A stretch of DNA of 64,000 nt, taken from the NCBI RefSeq assembly GCF_009914755.1, contig NC_060931.1. The stretch is one strand, 5' to 3'. The notes beneath the pieces are model-generated. The model ran no database searches. It was not told the origin of the DNA and saw only the letters and a program-made list of their open reading frames with translations. Below are positions 1-13,600 of the stretch, one piece after another (within the stretch, counting starts at the first letter, position 1; each line of letters begins with the position of its first letter). Source of the stretch: the human T2T-CHM13v2.0 reference genome, Homo sapiens. Both the position numbers and the translations under genes were made by a program.

Positions 1-59
1 GTACACAGTTGTGATTCAATGAGATAAATGGTGGGAGGGTTGGAGGGTGGAGTTGAATG

Positions 60-232
60 GGTGGGACTGGGAGGAGTCAGCAGGAATAATAAACAAGGAT
101 ACTGAGATGTGAGTGAGGCTGAGAGAGTGAAGGGCTGTGAAGATGCCCTGTGAGAGAATTTAAATTTTATCCTGAGGGTAGTGAGGAGCCACCGAAGCAT
201 GAGAGAAGCAGGATCAGATTTGTGCTTTAAAA
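60..232 (-). mobile_element. L2 LINE fragment
   Basis: 'ttttatcctgagggtagtgaggagccaccgaag...gatcagatttgtgcttt' resembles antisense L2 3' region. Confidence 0.55.
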
Positions 233-245
233 AGAATACTTCTTA

Positions 246-626
<381 letters not shown>

Positions 627-719
627 TCAAAAATAGTCTATCTTGAAACCTTTAAACGTCTTTTATATTTTGGATATAGCACAAATTTAATAATTATAAC
701 ATTTAAAAAATAAACAACA

Positions 720-2400
720 CTGACATCACTACATATTAAAAGCTGTGGTGTGTGGGAAAAGTGGCATCCCATGCGAAATTTACAGGCATGAAAGTATTTA
801 TCAGAAACTAATAAAAACTGAAAGTAAGTGACCTAAGTCTTCAGCTTAAAGATAAAAATAAATAAAACAGAACATAAAAAGTGTATTTGAACAATAGAAG
901 CAAAATCTGATACTTCAAAATGATCAGATAAAACAGCTTGATTAAGATAAGATGGATGACCCTAGTAAATAGCATTAAAAATGAATATGAACACCAATAA
1001 GACCTTTTAAAAATGACAAAACTATGTGCAAGTTTATACCACTATGTTTAAATAAGATATACATGATTTTCTATGAAAATACAGATAATTAAAATAGATT
1101 CAAAGAAATAGAAAAACTACAGACTAATAACCATAAAAAAAACTGAAAATATAAGCCCTATTCCTAAAGAAGACAAGAAATCATTTTTAAAGTAAATTCT
1201 ACTGAAACACAAGTTGAGAATAATTATTATTTATATAAATTCTTTAAAAGAATATGAAACATTTACGAACAAGGACACAAAGATAATAAATCATATTTTT
1301 AAGTTGAAACTAGCAATAAAATGAAATGATAATACATTATGACAAAGCATGCATTATCCTTGAAATGCAAGGATATTTTAATATCAGGGATCTGATATTA
1401 TAATTCATTACATTGCTATATTAAAATATAGAAGTCATACGATCATTTCCATAGATACTGAAAGAGCACTTGATAAAATTTTAACACCTGCTACCAACAA
1501 CAGTTCTTGACAAACTAGGAATAGAATAAAGCTTCCTTAATTTAGAAAATGTTAATAGAAACCTATAGCAAACATCATACTTAATAGAAAAAAGAAACAT
1601 TCCTATTAAGTCAGGAACAAAACAAGGCTTTCAGCTATGACTTCTGCTGTTCAACATTGTACTAAAAGCCATAGATAATGTAGTAAAACAAGAAAAGAGA
1701 TAAGAAATGGCAATATTGGAAAATTAAAAGCAACTTATTAATTGCAATACTAAGTTTTAGGAGAATCAACTGAAAAAAAAACCCAAAATTTTAAGTGATA
1801 TGAGAAAGTTGAACAGGTAGAAGATCAACATTTTTCAAAATGAATAGCTTTCCTATATTCCTATTAGAAATTGATAGGGAAAAAGAGCCCACAATTACAT
1901 CGATACTAGGAATAAGCCTAACCAGCAAAGTGAAAGATTGATATGCATGCATTTCAACCAATCTTAAAACTTTACTTAAGGCCATAAAGAAAAACTCAGC
2001 AAACAAGGAGATATTCTATGTTTTTTACTGTAAAGACTCAATACTGTAATGAAGTTAATTCTCCTTGAATTAATTGCTAAATTAAATATAGCCCAATATG
2101 ATTTTTTAATGAGTCTCAGCAAAATAATGCTAAAGTTCATTCAGAAAATAATATGAACAAGGATGAAAATTTTTTAAAAAGATAATGAGATTTTCCATGC
2201 CTGATATAAAAATAAATGCATAGATAATAATAATTAAAACAATGTTATATTGGTCAGAAGTTAGGGAAATGGATCAATGGAATAGAATTTTAAAAATCCA
2301 TAAACAGACCTGTGGAAACAGACTTATGTACAGACTGTCCATTTAGTATATGATAAAGGTGGCATTTAATTTTTCTGGAAACTGAGAATTTGATTTAATA
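720..2400 (+). mobile_element. Old L1 (L1M-type) ORF2 relic
   Basis: A-rich; L1 ORF2 motifs 'gatcatttccatagatactgaaagagcacttgataaaatt', 'aagtcaggaacaaaacaagg', 'tatatgataaaggtggcatt'; no open frame. Confidence 0.85.
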
Positions 2401-2461
2401 TAATGGCTTTATATTGACATGGTTCAAAAAATGAAACAATATAAAAGCTGAAAGAATATAT

Positions 2462-3555
2462 TCAGTCTCTGTAACAACTTACCACAAACTTGGAGGTTTA
2501 AATAACCCAAATTTATTATTTTATAGTTCTGTAGGTTAGAGGGTCAACCTTGATCTCAAAAGACTGAAATTGATTACTCAGCAGGGTGCATATCTTTTTG
2601 GAGTCTCTAAAGGAGAGTCTGTTTTCTTGCCCCCTTCAGCTGCTGGAGGCTGCCTGTATTCCTTAGCTCTTGGCCCCTCCTCCATCTTCAAAGCCAGCAA
2701 CCTTGCAGCTTTCAGAGCTTGCTTTTCTTCCATAGTCAGCTCTTCCTCTGACCCTCGCCTTTTGTCTCTCTCCCTCTTCTATCTCAAGGCCACTATGCTT
2801 ACATTGGGTCCACCTGGATAATCCAGCATACTTTCCCCATCTTATGGTCATTTGGTTAGAAACCTTAATTACATCTGCAGATTCCTCAAAGAGGAAACTG
2901 CCAAAAAGCAGAACTACCATTTGACTCAGCAATCCCATTACTGGGTATATACCCAGAGGAATGTAAATCATTTTACCATAAAGACACATGCACGCAAATG
3001 TTCACTGCAGCCCTATTCACGATAGCAAAGACATGGAATTAACCTAAATGTCCATCATTGACACTTTGGATAAAGAACATGTGGTACGTATACACCATGG
3101 AATACCATGCAGCCATATAAAAGAATAAGATCATGTCTTTTGTGGGAACATGGATAGAGCTGGAGGCCATTATCCTTAGCAAACTAATGCAGGAACATAA
3201 AACCAAATACCGCATGTGCTCATTTATAAGTGGGAGCTAAGTGATGAGAACTTATGAACACAAAGAAGGAAACAGCAGACATTGGTCTACTTGAGGGCAG
3301 AGGGTGAGAGGATAGGGAGGAACAGAAAAGATAACTATTGGGTACTGGGCTTAGTACCTGCATGATGAAATAATCTGTATAACAAACCCTCATGACAGGA
3401 GTTTACCTGTGTAACAAACCTTCACATGTACCCCCTAACCTAAAACAAAAGTTAAAAAAATCCATCTTTGTCACACTGCCTAACAAACATTCACAGGTTC
3501 TGGGTATAAGGAAATAGTCATACCAGGGCCTGGAGTAATTTTTCTGCCTGCCACA
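2462..3555 (-). mobile_element. MaLR LTR (MLT1C/D-like), split by an L1 insertion
   Basis: 'gtaacaacttaccacaaacttgg', 'cctccatcttcaaagccagcaa'; resumes after the L1 and ends 'ttcacaggttctgg...ctgcctgccaca'. Confidence 0.85.
2880..3460 (+). mobile_element. L1PA (about L1PA10-16) 3' end nested in MLT1
   Basis: 'ccatttgactcagcaatcccattactgggtatatacc', ORF2 C-terminus and 3'UTR, short A tail. Confidence 0.93.
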
Positions 3556-3766
3556 AGGAAGTATTATTCCCATTTCTGTCCCATCCACTCCATTCTGTCA
3601 CTTCATATCTCCTTCAGATAATCACTTATGTTATGATTTTGTTTATTATTTATTTCTTTATGCAAATATAAGCAAAAACAAATACATATTTTCTCCCTTT
3701 CTTACATGAATAGTATATGCAGTCTTTCCATACCTTACTCTTTTTTCCACTTAATAATATATCCTT

Positions 3767-4650
<884 letters not shown>

Positions 4651-4939
4651 ACTTAGTCAGTAGGACTTTTTTTTTCTGTCCACATTTTGCTCATCAAACA
4701 TATGCTAAGAATAGGTTTTCCCATTGAAATTAAACTGGTAGCTGTTTATATAGCAAGTAAATATTTTGAATAAAAATTTATTGTTTATAAGTGGTACTAA
4801 AAATATTGAGTTTATCTTTTCTAAAAGTGATATGTGCTCTTTATGAACCTTCACATTCATTTCTTATGTTTGGGTTGTGAGTAAAGAGAGGAAAGGGTGT
4901 GAGGTTTGGTTCATTTTCAGGGGATGAAAGAAGGAAAAG

Positions 4940-5050
4940 AAAATTTATCAAATAACTACTATGTCCTAGGTGACTTCATCTACAGTATCTTACCTGTGAG
5001 ATTTTACATTATTTCATAGAAAGTAAGGGTCAGAGAGTTTAAGCCGCCAT
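4940..5050 (-). mobile_element. MIR fragment
   Basis: 'tactatgtcctagg...gtaagggtcagagagtttaag'. Confidence 0.5.
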
Positions 5051-5062
5051 TAAGGTTATGAA

Positions 5063-6198
5063 CGTCAACCACAAAGAAAATTCCTAGCCCCCTAAGTAAT
5101 TGAATGGGCCCCCTTCTCAGACAACGGGATTCCAAAGAAACCTAAAAAACTAGTCCAGGCTATATGGAAAGTAGGGGTCAGACGTGCTTCATTCTACTCG
5201 CTCCCTTTTGGAGTTTAGATGCAACAAACCAGCATTAACATTCAAACAGAGATCTTAAAACTGACAAAACAGACTCTTTGTAGCAATACAGTAACAATTT
5301 CAACCTGAGTCAGGTATAACATCAGATGACAGATAGCAGGCCCTGAAGGAAATGGAAATATTTTACCCCAAAATATATCTTACTGACATATTTTGAAATG
5401 GCCCTGCAAAGCTGTCTCTTGTGGGAAGGGGGTGTGGGAATTTACATTCTTTCAAGGTCCTTTTCTGATCCTGAAGAGATTAGCTGAGAGTCTAGCATAT
5501 TTTTTTTTTTTTTGAGACAGAGTTTCGCTCTTGTTGCCCAGGCTGGAGTGCAATGGCGCGATCTTGGCTCACTGCAACCTCTGCCTAGTTGGGATTACAG
5601 GCATGCGCCACCACACCCGGCTAATTTTGTATTTTTAGTAGAGAAGGGGTTTCTCTATGTTGGTCAGGCTGGTCTCGAACGCCCGACCTCAGGTGATCCG
5701 CCCACCTCGGTCTCCCAAAGTGCAGGGATTACAGGCGTGAGCCACTGCGCCTGGCTGAGTCTAGGACCTTTGAAAGGTCTGAATAGGAAACATTTGCCAT
5801 CTATTGCTTCTAAGGGCAGCCTTCTGTGAGACTTATCTACATAATAAGAACTTTGATCTCCACAACCCCTTATCTTAACCCAGACACTCCTTTCTATTGA
5901 TTCCAGGCTTTTAGATAGTAACTTAACTCTTTTCAGCCACTTGCCAATCAGAAAACCTTTGAATTCACCTATGACCTGTAAGCCCGTGCTTCAAGTTGTC
6001 CCACTTTTCCAGACCAATCCAATGTATACCTCGCACATATTGATTGATGTCTTATATCTCCCTAAAAATACAAAACCAAGCTGTAACCCAGCCACTTTGG
6101 GCACATGTTCTCAGGCCCTCCTAAGGCCGTGGGTCATGATCCTTAACCTTGCAAAATAAATTGATTGAGGCCTGTCTCAGATACATTTTTGGCTTACA
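5063..6198 (+). mobile_element. ERV1 solo LTR, MER4 family (MER4B/D-like), with nested Alu
   Basis: 'accagcattaacattcaaacagagatcttaaaactgacaaaacagactctttgtagcaat', 'gaaatggccctgcaaagctgtctcttgtggg'; ends 'aataaattgattgaggcctgtctcagatac...ttaca'. Confidence 0.88.
5500..5755 (-). mobile_element. Alu (AluSp/Sq-like) with ~35 bp internal deletion
   Basis: poly(T), 'agtttcgctcttgttgcccaggctggagtgcaatggcg'; jump 'ctctgcct|agttggg'; flanks 'gagtctag'. Confidence 0.95.
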
Positions 6199-7364
6199 CA
6201 TAGCCAGGGCATGGCAAGTTGGCATCTGAATCAAGCCTGGGTCCATTGCCCCTCCCTGCATGTCCCACCATGTGTCACGCTAGCGTCCTTTCCATTTTCC
6301 CTTCTCTTGGCCTCTTAGCAACCCAACCCCCAAATGAATTTTCTCCCCAGATGCTCCATTCAGAACCATGAAAATCTTAGAGGAAATAGCTTTTCCTGAA
6401 TCTCTAATCCCTACATCTTTTTTCTACTTTGGTCGATAATCTTGGGCATTTAACACCTGGGTCTATTTAGACCTAGAGTCCTGAATCCTATACTTTAACC
6501 CAGAGTCCTTGTCTCCTGGACAGCATGAGCAAGCACCATTCAAGGATAAACTGCGCCTAGTGTGAAGAAAATCAGAGATTTTAGACAGACCTAGCCATTT
6601 CCCTAGAGCTGCTTTTACTTCCTGACAGCTAATTTATCCCGATGATTGGCCCTGGACCCATAAACCGTCTAGCTCAGCCTGGCCATTTGTGAAGGCACAG
6701 GCAGTCGGCTGGCTCTCACCTCTGATAGCTGTGGGAACCAATTACTCTGCAGCAGGGCTTGGTGTGTGGCTGGAGCATCTGTGTGGACCACATGGGCCCT
6801 TTCAGCTTGTAGGATGTGTGGTGACTTGGAGCTGTTTGTTTTAAAGGTTCCTTTTGCATTATCAGCAAAGAATATGGAAAACAGCTCAATTTCAGCTGAT
6901 TACCCACTAAAGTGCCTGGGAGCCACTCTGTAATTTTCATCGCTGCTTGCTGGGCTCTTCAGGAAAAGTTTGCAGGCGAATTTAATGGAACGTATTCAGT
7001 CCTCTTGAACGGCAGACAGACAAGACAACAACTTCCTGTTCCTTTTGTTTGGAAGTATCTGTTATCACAACATAGTAAACATTTTTTTTAAAACCATTCT
7101 GAGAACAGTTATTTGTGAGATGCCTCTCCAGTATAGCCTTACACCCAGACTTCAGTTTTCCTACAACCTCAGCCCAGCAGGAATTGTCTCTATCACCCAA
7201 GGCCAATGAGATTGACTGTAACAAGGTTTCCTAGTAAATGGCTCCTGGCCATCTAGATGGATAAATTCTCCTAACACTAGTTAGAATCAAATGACTAAAC
7301 TCTAGCCTCATGGCCCAATCATACAGTGGTGTAATTGTCAACAATTAAAAACGATGTTGCAGAT

Positions 7365-7510
7365 CTGGGCTTTTCATACCTTACTGTGCAAATCGGTCAC
7401 TTGGGGATCTTGTTAAAATGAAGATTCCAGTTCAGTAGGTCTGGGTGGGCCTCAGGTCCTGCACTTTTAACAAATTACCAGGTGATGCTGATGCTGTTGG
7501 ACCTTAGAAT
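7365..7510 (-). mobile_element. MER5A-type hAT-Charlie DNA transposon
   Basis: 'gatcttgttaaaatg...tcagtaggtctgggtgggcc...ccaggtgatgctgatgctg'. Confidence 0.85.
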
Positions 7511-7720
7511 TTAGTGGAATATTCCACTAAATGTGTACTCATTGACACAAACTTGTATAGGATCTCTGCACATTCTTACATGTGGGTTTATCTTAAAGTG
7601 GAGGATATCAAATTATATGAGTACGTCATAATTTTTTAAATGTACAGGATATCTAGATTTAGAAATAGATGTGCTGTAAGTAAAGCAAGCGTCAGACAGT
7701 ACTGTTTAAAATATACTGTT

Positions 7721-8006
7721 GGCCGGGCATGGTGGCCCATGCCTGCAATCTCAGCACTTCAGGAGGCCAAGGCAAGAGGATTGCTAGAGGCCAGGAGTTC
7801 AAGACCAGCCTGGCAACATAACGAGAGCCCGTCTCTACAAAAAAAGAAAAATTATCCAGCCATGGTGGCACACACATATAGTCCTAGCTACCCGGAAGGC
7901 TGAGATGGTAGGATCACTTAAGCCCAGGAGTTCGAGGTTGTGGTGAACTATGATAGCACCACTGCAGTCCAGCCTAGGCAACAGAATGAAACTGTGTTTC
8001 TAAAAG
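7721..8006 (+). mobile_element. AluJ
   Basis: 'ggattgctagaggccaggagttcaagacc', 'gcccaggagttcgaggttgtggtgaactatgat'. Confidence 0.93.
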
Positions 8007-8628
8007 ATTTTTTAAAATTCTGTTATAAAATTATATGTGTGTGTAGGTATAGATATATACAATTAAAATACAATTTTTTGTCCCCACCATCACTGCCTCT
8101 GTATAAAAATGATATCAGGACTCTGGTTTCTTTGCTCATTTTAGGTAACTGGTAACAATTATGTTAAGTTGCAAACAGTTTTCATTCAGTACAAAAATAG
8201 AACATCAATCCTTTGTGTTGGGCAAACTTCCCACCTGATTTAGGCTTAAATGTTCGCACCTCCTGGAACTCAGATCTGGTGCTGTGAAGGGAAAGTGGGG
8301 TGTGGTCTCTCTGCTCTCTATTGGGAGGCCCAGGATGCAAGACTTTCTAAATCTGGAAAATCACAGGCAAACTAGGGCCAGTAGGACATCCCGAGCTGCT
8401 GTCTTTCCAGCACTTGCACTTGGGGCAATCTGATGTTTCTGAGCCCACTAGGCAGAAGTAGCAGAAGTGCTGAAGGGCACGGGTGCAGGAGAGTTCTCAC
8501 CTTGATTGGGAGCTTCATGAGCTGATGCTGATGCCTGGCTCTGCTCCCAACAGTGGGAATAGCTGGCTTCCAGGCAGGCCCAGCAGGGAGTAAAGCTGAG
8601 TATTTCTGGTGCTTAGTTGATTCCTCAG

Positions 8629-8748
8629 ATTATATATATGTATGTATACACATAGATGTATATATTTATGTGTGCATATATATGGATGTATATACATATA
8701 TACTTATATATGTGCATGTGTGTATATATACATATGTGCATAATACAT
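8629..8748. repeat. Degenerate (TA)n/(TATG)n simple repeat
   Basis: direct reading. Confidence 0.9.
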
Positions 8749-8787
8749 AAATAACTTGCAATGAACAAGTGTTACTTTTATAAATTA

Positions 8788-9105
<318 letters not shown>

Positions 9106-10111
9106 ATTTTAAAAAGACAGAGATGTGATTGTGTCAGAAAACCCTCAGTCTAAACTCAGTAACTTTCTAATTGTATTTAAAGTACATAACAACTAGCCAT
9201 AATTAAAATGAGATTGTTTTGTGTCACACAGATAATTAGTGGATAACTTTATTATTTCTACAAAAATATTCAAATTTAAATAAAATTATAAGGAAAAAGT
9301 TCACTTCAAAAAGTTTTTCTCTGGGTTCTGTCTCCTGGAGCTATTTCATGGAGACAAAAGAGATTCTTCAAAGCCAGTGGCTATGGGGAGTGAACTATTT
9401 TAGGTTTTCAATTTGCATGGGCGCTAGAGTAGATGGAATGCTGCAGCGGGGGCTTCAGCGTGTGGGGCTGCGAGGCTGGCTGTGCTCTGTTTCTGCAGCT
9501 GTGTTGATGAGCTGGCCCTCTATTAATGGCCTTTGGGACTGAACTGTCATGTCTCAGAGATGTGCTTCTTTCTAGGTGTCTCATCATTGCCTCATAAACG
9601 CCAGGACCCACACTTGAAAGACAACCTGTCAACAGTGAAATCCGCCTTCATACCTTTTCCTTCAGCTTTCTCTCATGTGAGAAACTGGTGGAAACTCAGG
9701 CCTCTGGGTGGCCCCCAGTAGTCTGTGGGTGGATGGGAATACGTTGAAACAGATGAATCTGAATTAATGGCTGGAGGTGCCCCAAGTTTCTGCGCCAACC
9801 TTTAATGCATGGACAGGTTATGCCTGTGACCCCTGAGAATGGTCCCAGGGAAGTCCAGCCCTCAGCTGGATTGTGGAGGGGACAAAATGCCCATGGATGG
9901 GATCAGTGGGCCCAAAGCCTTCCATGAGAACTTCAGTAAAATCCTGCATCTTCCAAATACTTGTCTTGTATCTCAGAGGAGTGCAAACTCTAAGAACATA
10001 AGCATGTAGAATTGGAAATATTATAGAAGACTGGAAAATTCCAAATTCAAACATGTGTCCTAGTTTACAGAAATTAAGAAATTCAGCTACAAAAGCATTA
10101 TGAATGTTATG

Positions 10112-10260
10112 CATGTGTGTGCATTATATATGTGTATATATATGCTTTTATATATTATCTTAAAAATAAGATTTAGCTTACAATTTTAGCTTAAAATCTA
10201 TATTTAGCTTTTATCTTAAAAATCTATATTTTATCTTAAAATGCTTTTATCTTAAAATCA
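10112..10260. repeat. AT-rich degenerate tandem repeat (ttttatcttaaaat / atttagctt units)
   Basis: 4-5 imperfect copies visible. Confidence 0.7.
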
Positions 10261-10264
10261 GTGT

Positions 10265-10670
10265 TTCTCACACCAAGATTTGTAAGGCCTGACCCAGCTT
10301 CTGTCTCTGCATCCCTGCTCCCCCAGCCTGCAGCTTCAATTCCTACTACGTGCTCCAGCCCTTGCAAACTTCTCTTATAAGCTCTGCCCCTGCCTGGAGC
10401 ATTCTTACCCTCAATCTCCTCCCCGGACCACCCTCTAGGCAACCTTTCTGTCTCCCCTTGCTTACCACTTTCTTTTGGAAGCCTTCCAGGCCTCCAGGTG
10501 CTCTCTCTGGACTCCATGCAGCTGCCATTGCTTTGCACAGTCTGGGCACCTTGCATCCCTGCAGGTTTGTACATGTTAGGGCAGTGAGGCCACCAGCTCT
10601 GCTCTGGGCTGTGTCCACAACATCTGGCACAGCCTCAACTTGGCAGATAAGTGCTCAAAATTATTTGTCA
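10265..10670 (+). mobile_element. L2 3' fragment
   Basis: 'ctctgcccctgcctggagcattctt', 'ctggcacag...aagtgctcaaaattatttg'. Confidence 0.65.
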
Positions 10671-10689
10671 GGGCATCAAAGAGAAAAGA

Positions 10690-11275
10690 ACAAGGGAAAT
10701 CATATATTAGAAGACTTGGTATTGGAAAGATGTCAATTCTCTCCAAATTGATGTATAGATTCATGGAACTCCAAACAAAATAATAGTAGTTGTTTGTTGC
10801 AATTCACAAGCTGATTCTAGAAATGATATCAAATCTAAATAACAAAACAGATTTGGGAGCTGAAGAAGAAGGAAAAGGAGGAGAAAGAAGAGGAAGAAAA
10901 GAAATAATCACAATAAAGCTTAAGCCCCTAATGTCAAGAATTATTATAAGGATATAATAATTTTTTTTGGATTTTTTAATAGAGACGGGGTTTCACTGTG
11001 TTAGCCAGGATGGTCTCGATCTCCTGAACTCGTGATCCACCCGCCTTGGCCTCCCAAAGTGCTGGGATTACAGGCGTGAGCCACCGTGCCCGGCCGGATA
11101 TAATAATTTAAAACAGCTTGCTATTCTCACAAGAAATGAGAAATTGTCCAGTGGAATCTGTTGGCAAGTCCAGAAACAAACCCAGCACTTACACAGTCAC
11201 TTAATTTATGATAAAGTTTACAGTGCAGTGGGGAAAGGGCGATGTTTCCATAAATAGTACTGGATCAAAACAAAC
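10690..11275 (+). mobile_element. Old L1 ORF2 fragment, interrupted by a half-Alu
   Basis: 'aaagatgtcaattctctccaaattgatgtatagattc', 'gtccagaaacaaaccc...cacttaatttatgataaag'. Confidence 0.8.
10961..11095 (-). mobile_element. Left-monomer-only Alu (AluY-like) with TSD
   Basis: Only the left arm and linker are present; TSD 'ggatataataattt' at 10950-10963 and 11096-11109. Confidence 0.95.
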
Positions 11276-11959
11276 AAAAAAAGAAAAGAACATGGGAAAT
11301 ACAAATACTTTTCTTAATAGTAAGACAGGAGGGTTTTAGATTTTTCCACTTTTCTATATTATAAAAGAAATGTGAAAACTTAAAAGTAATTTAAAAACAA
11401 TAATCATACCACATTAACAAAATGACTTTTATTTTTCTTACTCTAAGATTTTGTCCATACATACCTGTTTTAATAGTTGTGCATTGTTATGCATTTTTAT
11501 CTGTTTTGAAGTAATCGTTATTATTTAGGATGATAGTGTGTAAACACACTCCATTTTTCTGCATAGTGCTTAATAATTATATTTTTACATGTTGTGTAAT
11601 GGATTGAGTTGATATGCTACACTTTCCTTTTAATTTTGTGATTATCTCTGGTATAGTGAATTTCCTAAACTCAGTGAAGTACAGGCATAAGCAATCTATT
11701 TTCTTCCAACTACCACCTCCCTTGCCTGTCCTTCAGTGACATCTTGGGCTGATCCCATAGCTTTAAAGTCATATCTCATTATTAAAAGTTCTATCTGGTC
11801 CAGTTTAAAATCTAATCTCATTTTCTCTTTTCCCTTCTCTCTCTGGCTGTATCATGGTCTTTGAAACCTGTAGTTGGGAGGGAATATGTTTTGGCTTTTA
11901 CTCCTCTATCACCAGAGGGTTGGGTGGGGAGGAGGAGAAATTGGAGTAAAAAGGGAAGC

Positions 11960-12263
11960 TGTCGGGTTCGGTGGTTCATGCCTGTAATCCCAATGCTTTA
12001 GGAAGCCAAGGCAGAAGGACTGCTTGAGAGCAGAGATTATAGACCAGCCTGGGCAACATAGTGAGACCCCTATCTCTAAAAAATAAAAAAATAAAAATTA
12101 GCCAGATATGGTGGCACACACCTGTAGTCCCAGCCACTTAGAAGGCCGAGGTGGAAGGATCACTTGAGCCCAGGAGTTTGAGGCTGCAGTGGACTATGAT
12201 CACACCACTGTGCTCCAGCCTGGGCAAGACTCTGTGTCTTAAAATAAAAAAATAAAGAAATAA
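11960..12263 (+). mobile_element. AluJ
   Basis: 'gagcccaggagtttgaggctgcagtggactatgatc', A-rich tail. Confidence 0.93.
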
Positions 12264-13039
12264 AGGAATGGGGAAGGTTGAGCTACCTACTGTCACCCGT
12301 CAGTGGTGGGCAGTGGCCCTGAGCTTTCTACTGGTCACTCTGGTTGGCTGTTGGTGTGTTCTGCTGACATTGTCTTTGTCTCATGTGATTTTCTGGGCAT
12401 GTGTTTCTGGTCCCTTTGTCACTGAGGACCCTCTCAGAAAGTAACAGCGGCATCCCTTTTAAGCCATGCCGTTGACGCACACCCTCAACCCCCTATCTCG
12501 GTAGGACATTACTTCCCTTGGCCAGGGCACCGTAGTTTCTGCCTCCCTCTTTACTCCTCAGCTCCCTCATGTGAGCCAGGAAAGCTACTGGTTTCTCCTC
12601 CATACCCTGCAAGGGCCACAGGGGACTGGAGGGTGGAGTGCCATCTTTTACTCAAGAACAGCTACACCATGATCCCTTCTTGCTGCTGGTGTGAGCTGCC
12701 CTGGCAAATTCCCACCCTCAGAAATCTTCAGCCAGGTAGCCATCTTCAAAGTGGGCCTGCAGAGACTGAAGCCTGGTACCTACCCAGTCAGCTGGTGGCT
12801 GCTGGGCTCCTCTTGCCTAAAAGTCACCTTTAGTCTCTATTTTTTGGAGTCCCAGTTTCTTGAACACCATAAGAAAGAGGGGAGGGCAAACCTCCTCAGC
12901 AGGAACACTGTACTCCCAATGATTCCAATTCCTGTCCCTGGGTGGTCTGCTGGTGCCTGGGAGTGGGTGTGGGTGATGGCTGGGGTAGCCTCATTTAGCA
13001 AGTATCTGGCCCTAACTGTTTTCTGCTCAATTAAAAATG

Positions 13040-13170
13040 TTGGAGGATGATTATGTTCATTTGATTGTGGTGACGGTTTCTTGGATGTACACATAGGTCA
13101 AAACTTAACAAATTAAACACTTTATGTGTACCTTATTGCCCATCAATTATGCTTTAATAAAGCTGTTAAA
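13040..13170 (+). mobile_element. L1M (MB/MC/ME-type) extreme 3' end
   Basis: 'ttgattgtggtgacggtttc...gtcaaaactt...caattatgctttaataaagctgtt'. Confidence 0.8.
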
Positions 13171-13199
13171 ACTGTTGGGGGAAACTTACTGCCTGTTTG

Positions 13200-13600
13200 T
13201 CCACTTCAACATTTAGTTACACTTTTGTAAATAATGCTGTGTGAACACTTTTTCCTTTTGATGTTTTCTTAAGATAAATTCCTAGGAGTTTGGATTACTG
13301 GCTAAAAGATAAAAACCATTTTTATAGCTCCCAATACATATTGCTATGTTATTTTTCCAAACAGTTGTGCCAATTTCCAATGTAGCAGTAAGTATGAATA
13401 TACTAGTTTAATAGCAACCTTATACTTGAGTATTATTTTAAAAAATTCTTCCTAGATATAAAATGTTTCATTAATTTTTATTTATTTGATTACAATAAAG
13501 GATAACAGGTGTGTATGTTAGATCACTTTTTATTTCCTCTTATGAGAACCACCTGTTCTTATTCTTCATCTATTTACCTACTGGGTAAATAAATGAGTTT
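13200..13600 (-). mobile_element. L1ME-type fragment
   Basis: 'ataatgctgtgtgaacac', 'gataaattcctaggagtttggattactgg'. Confidence 0.7.
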
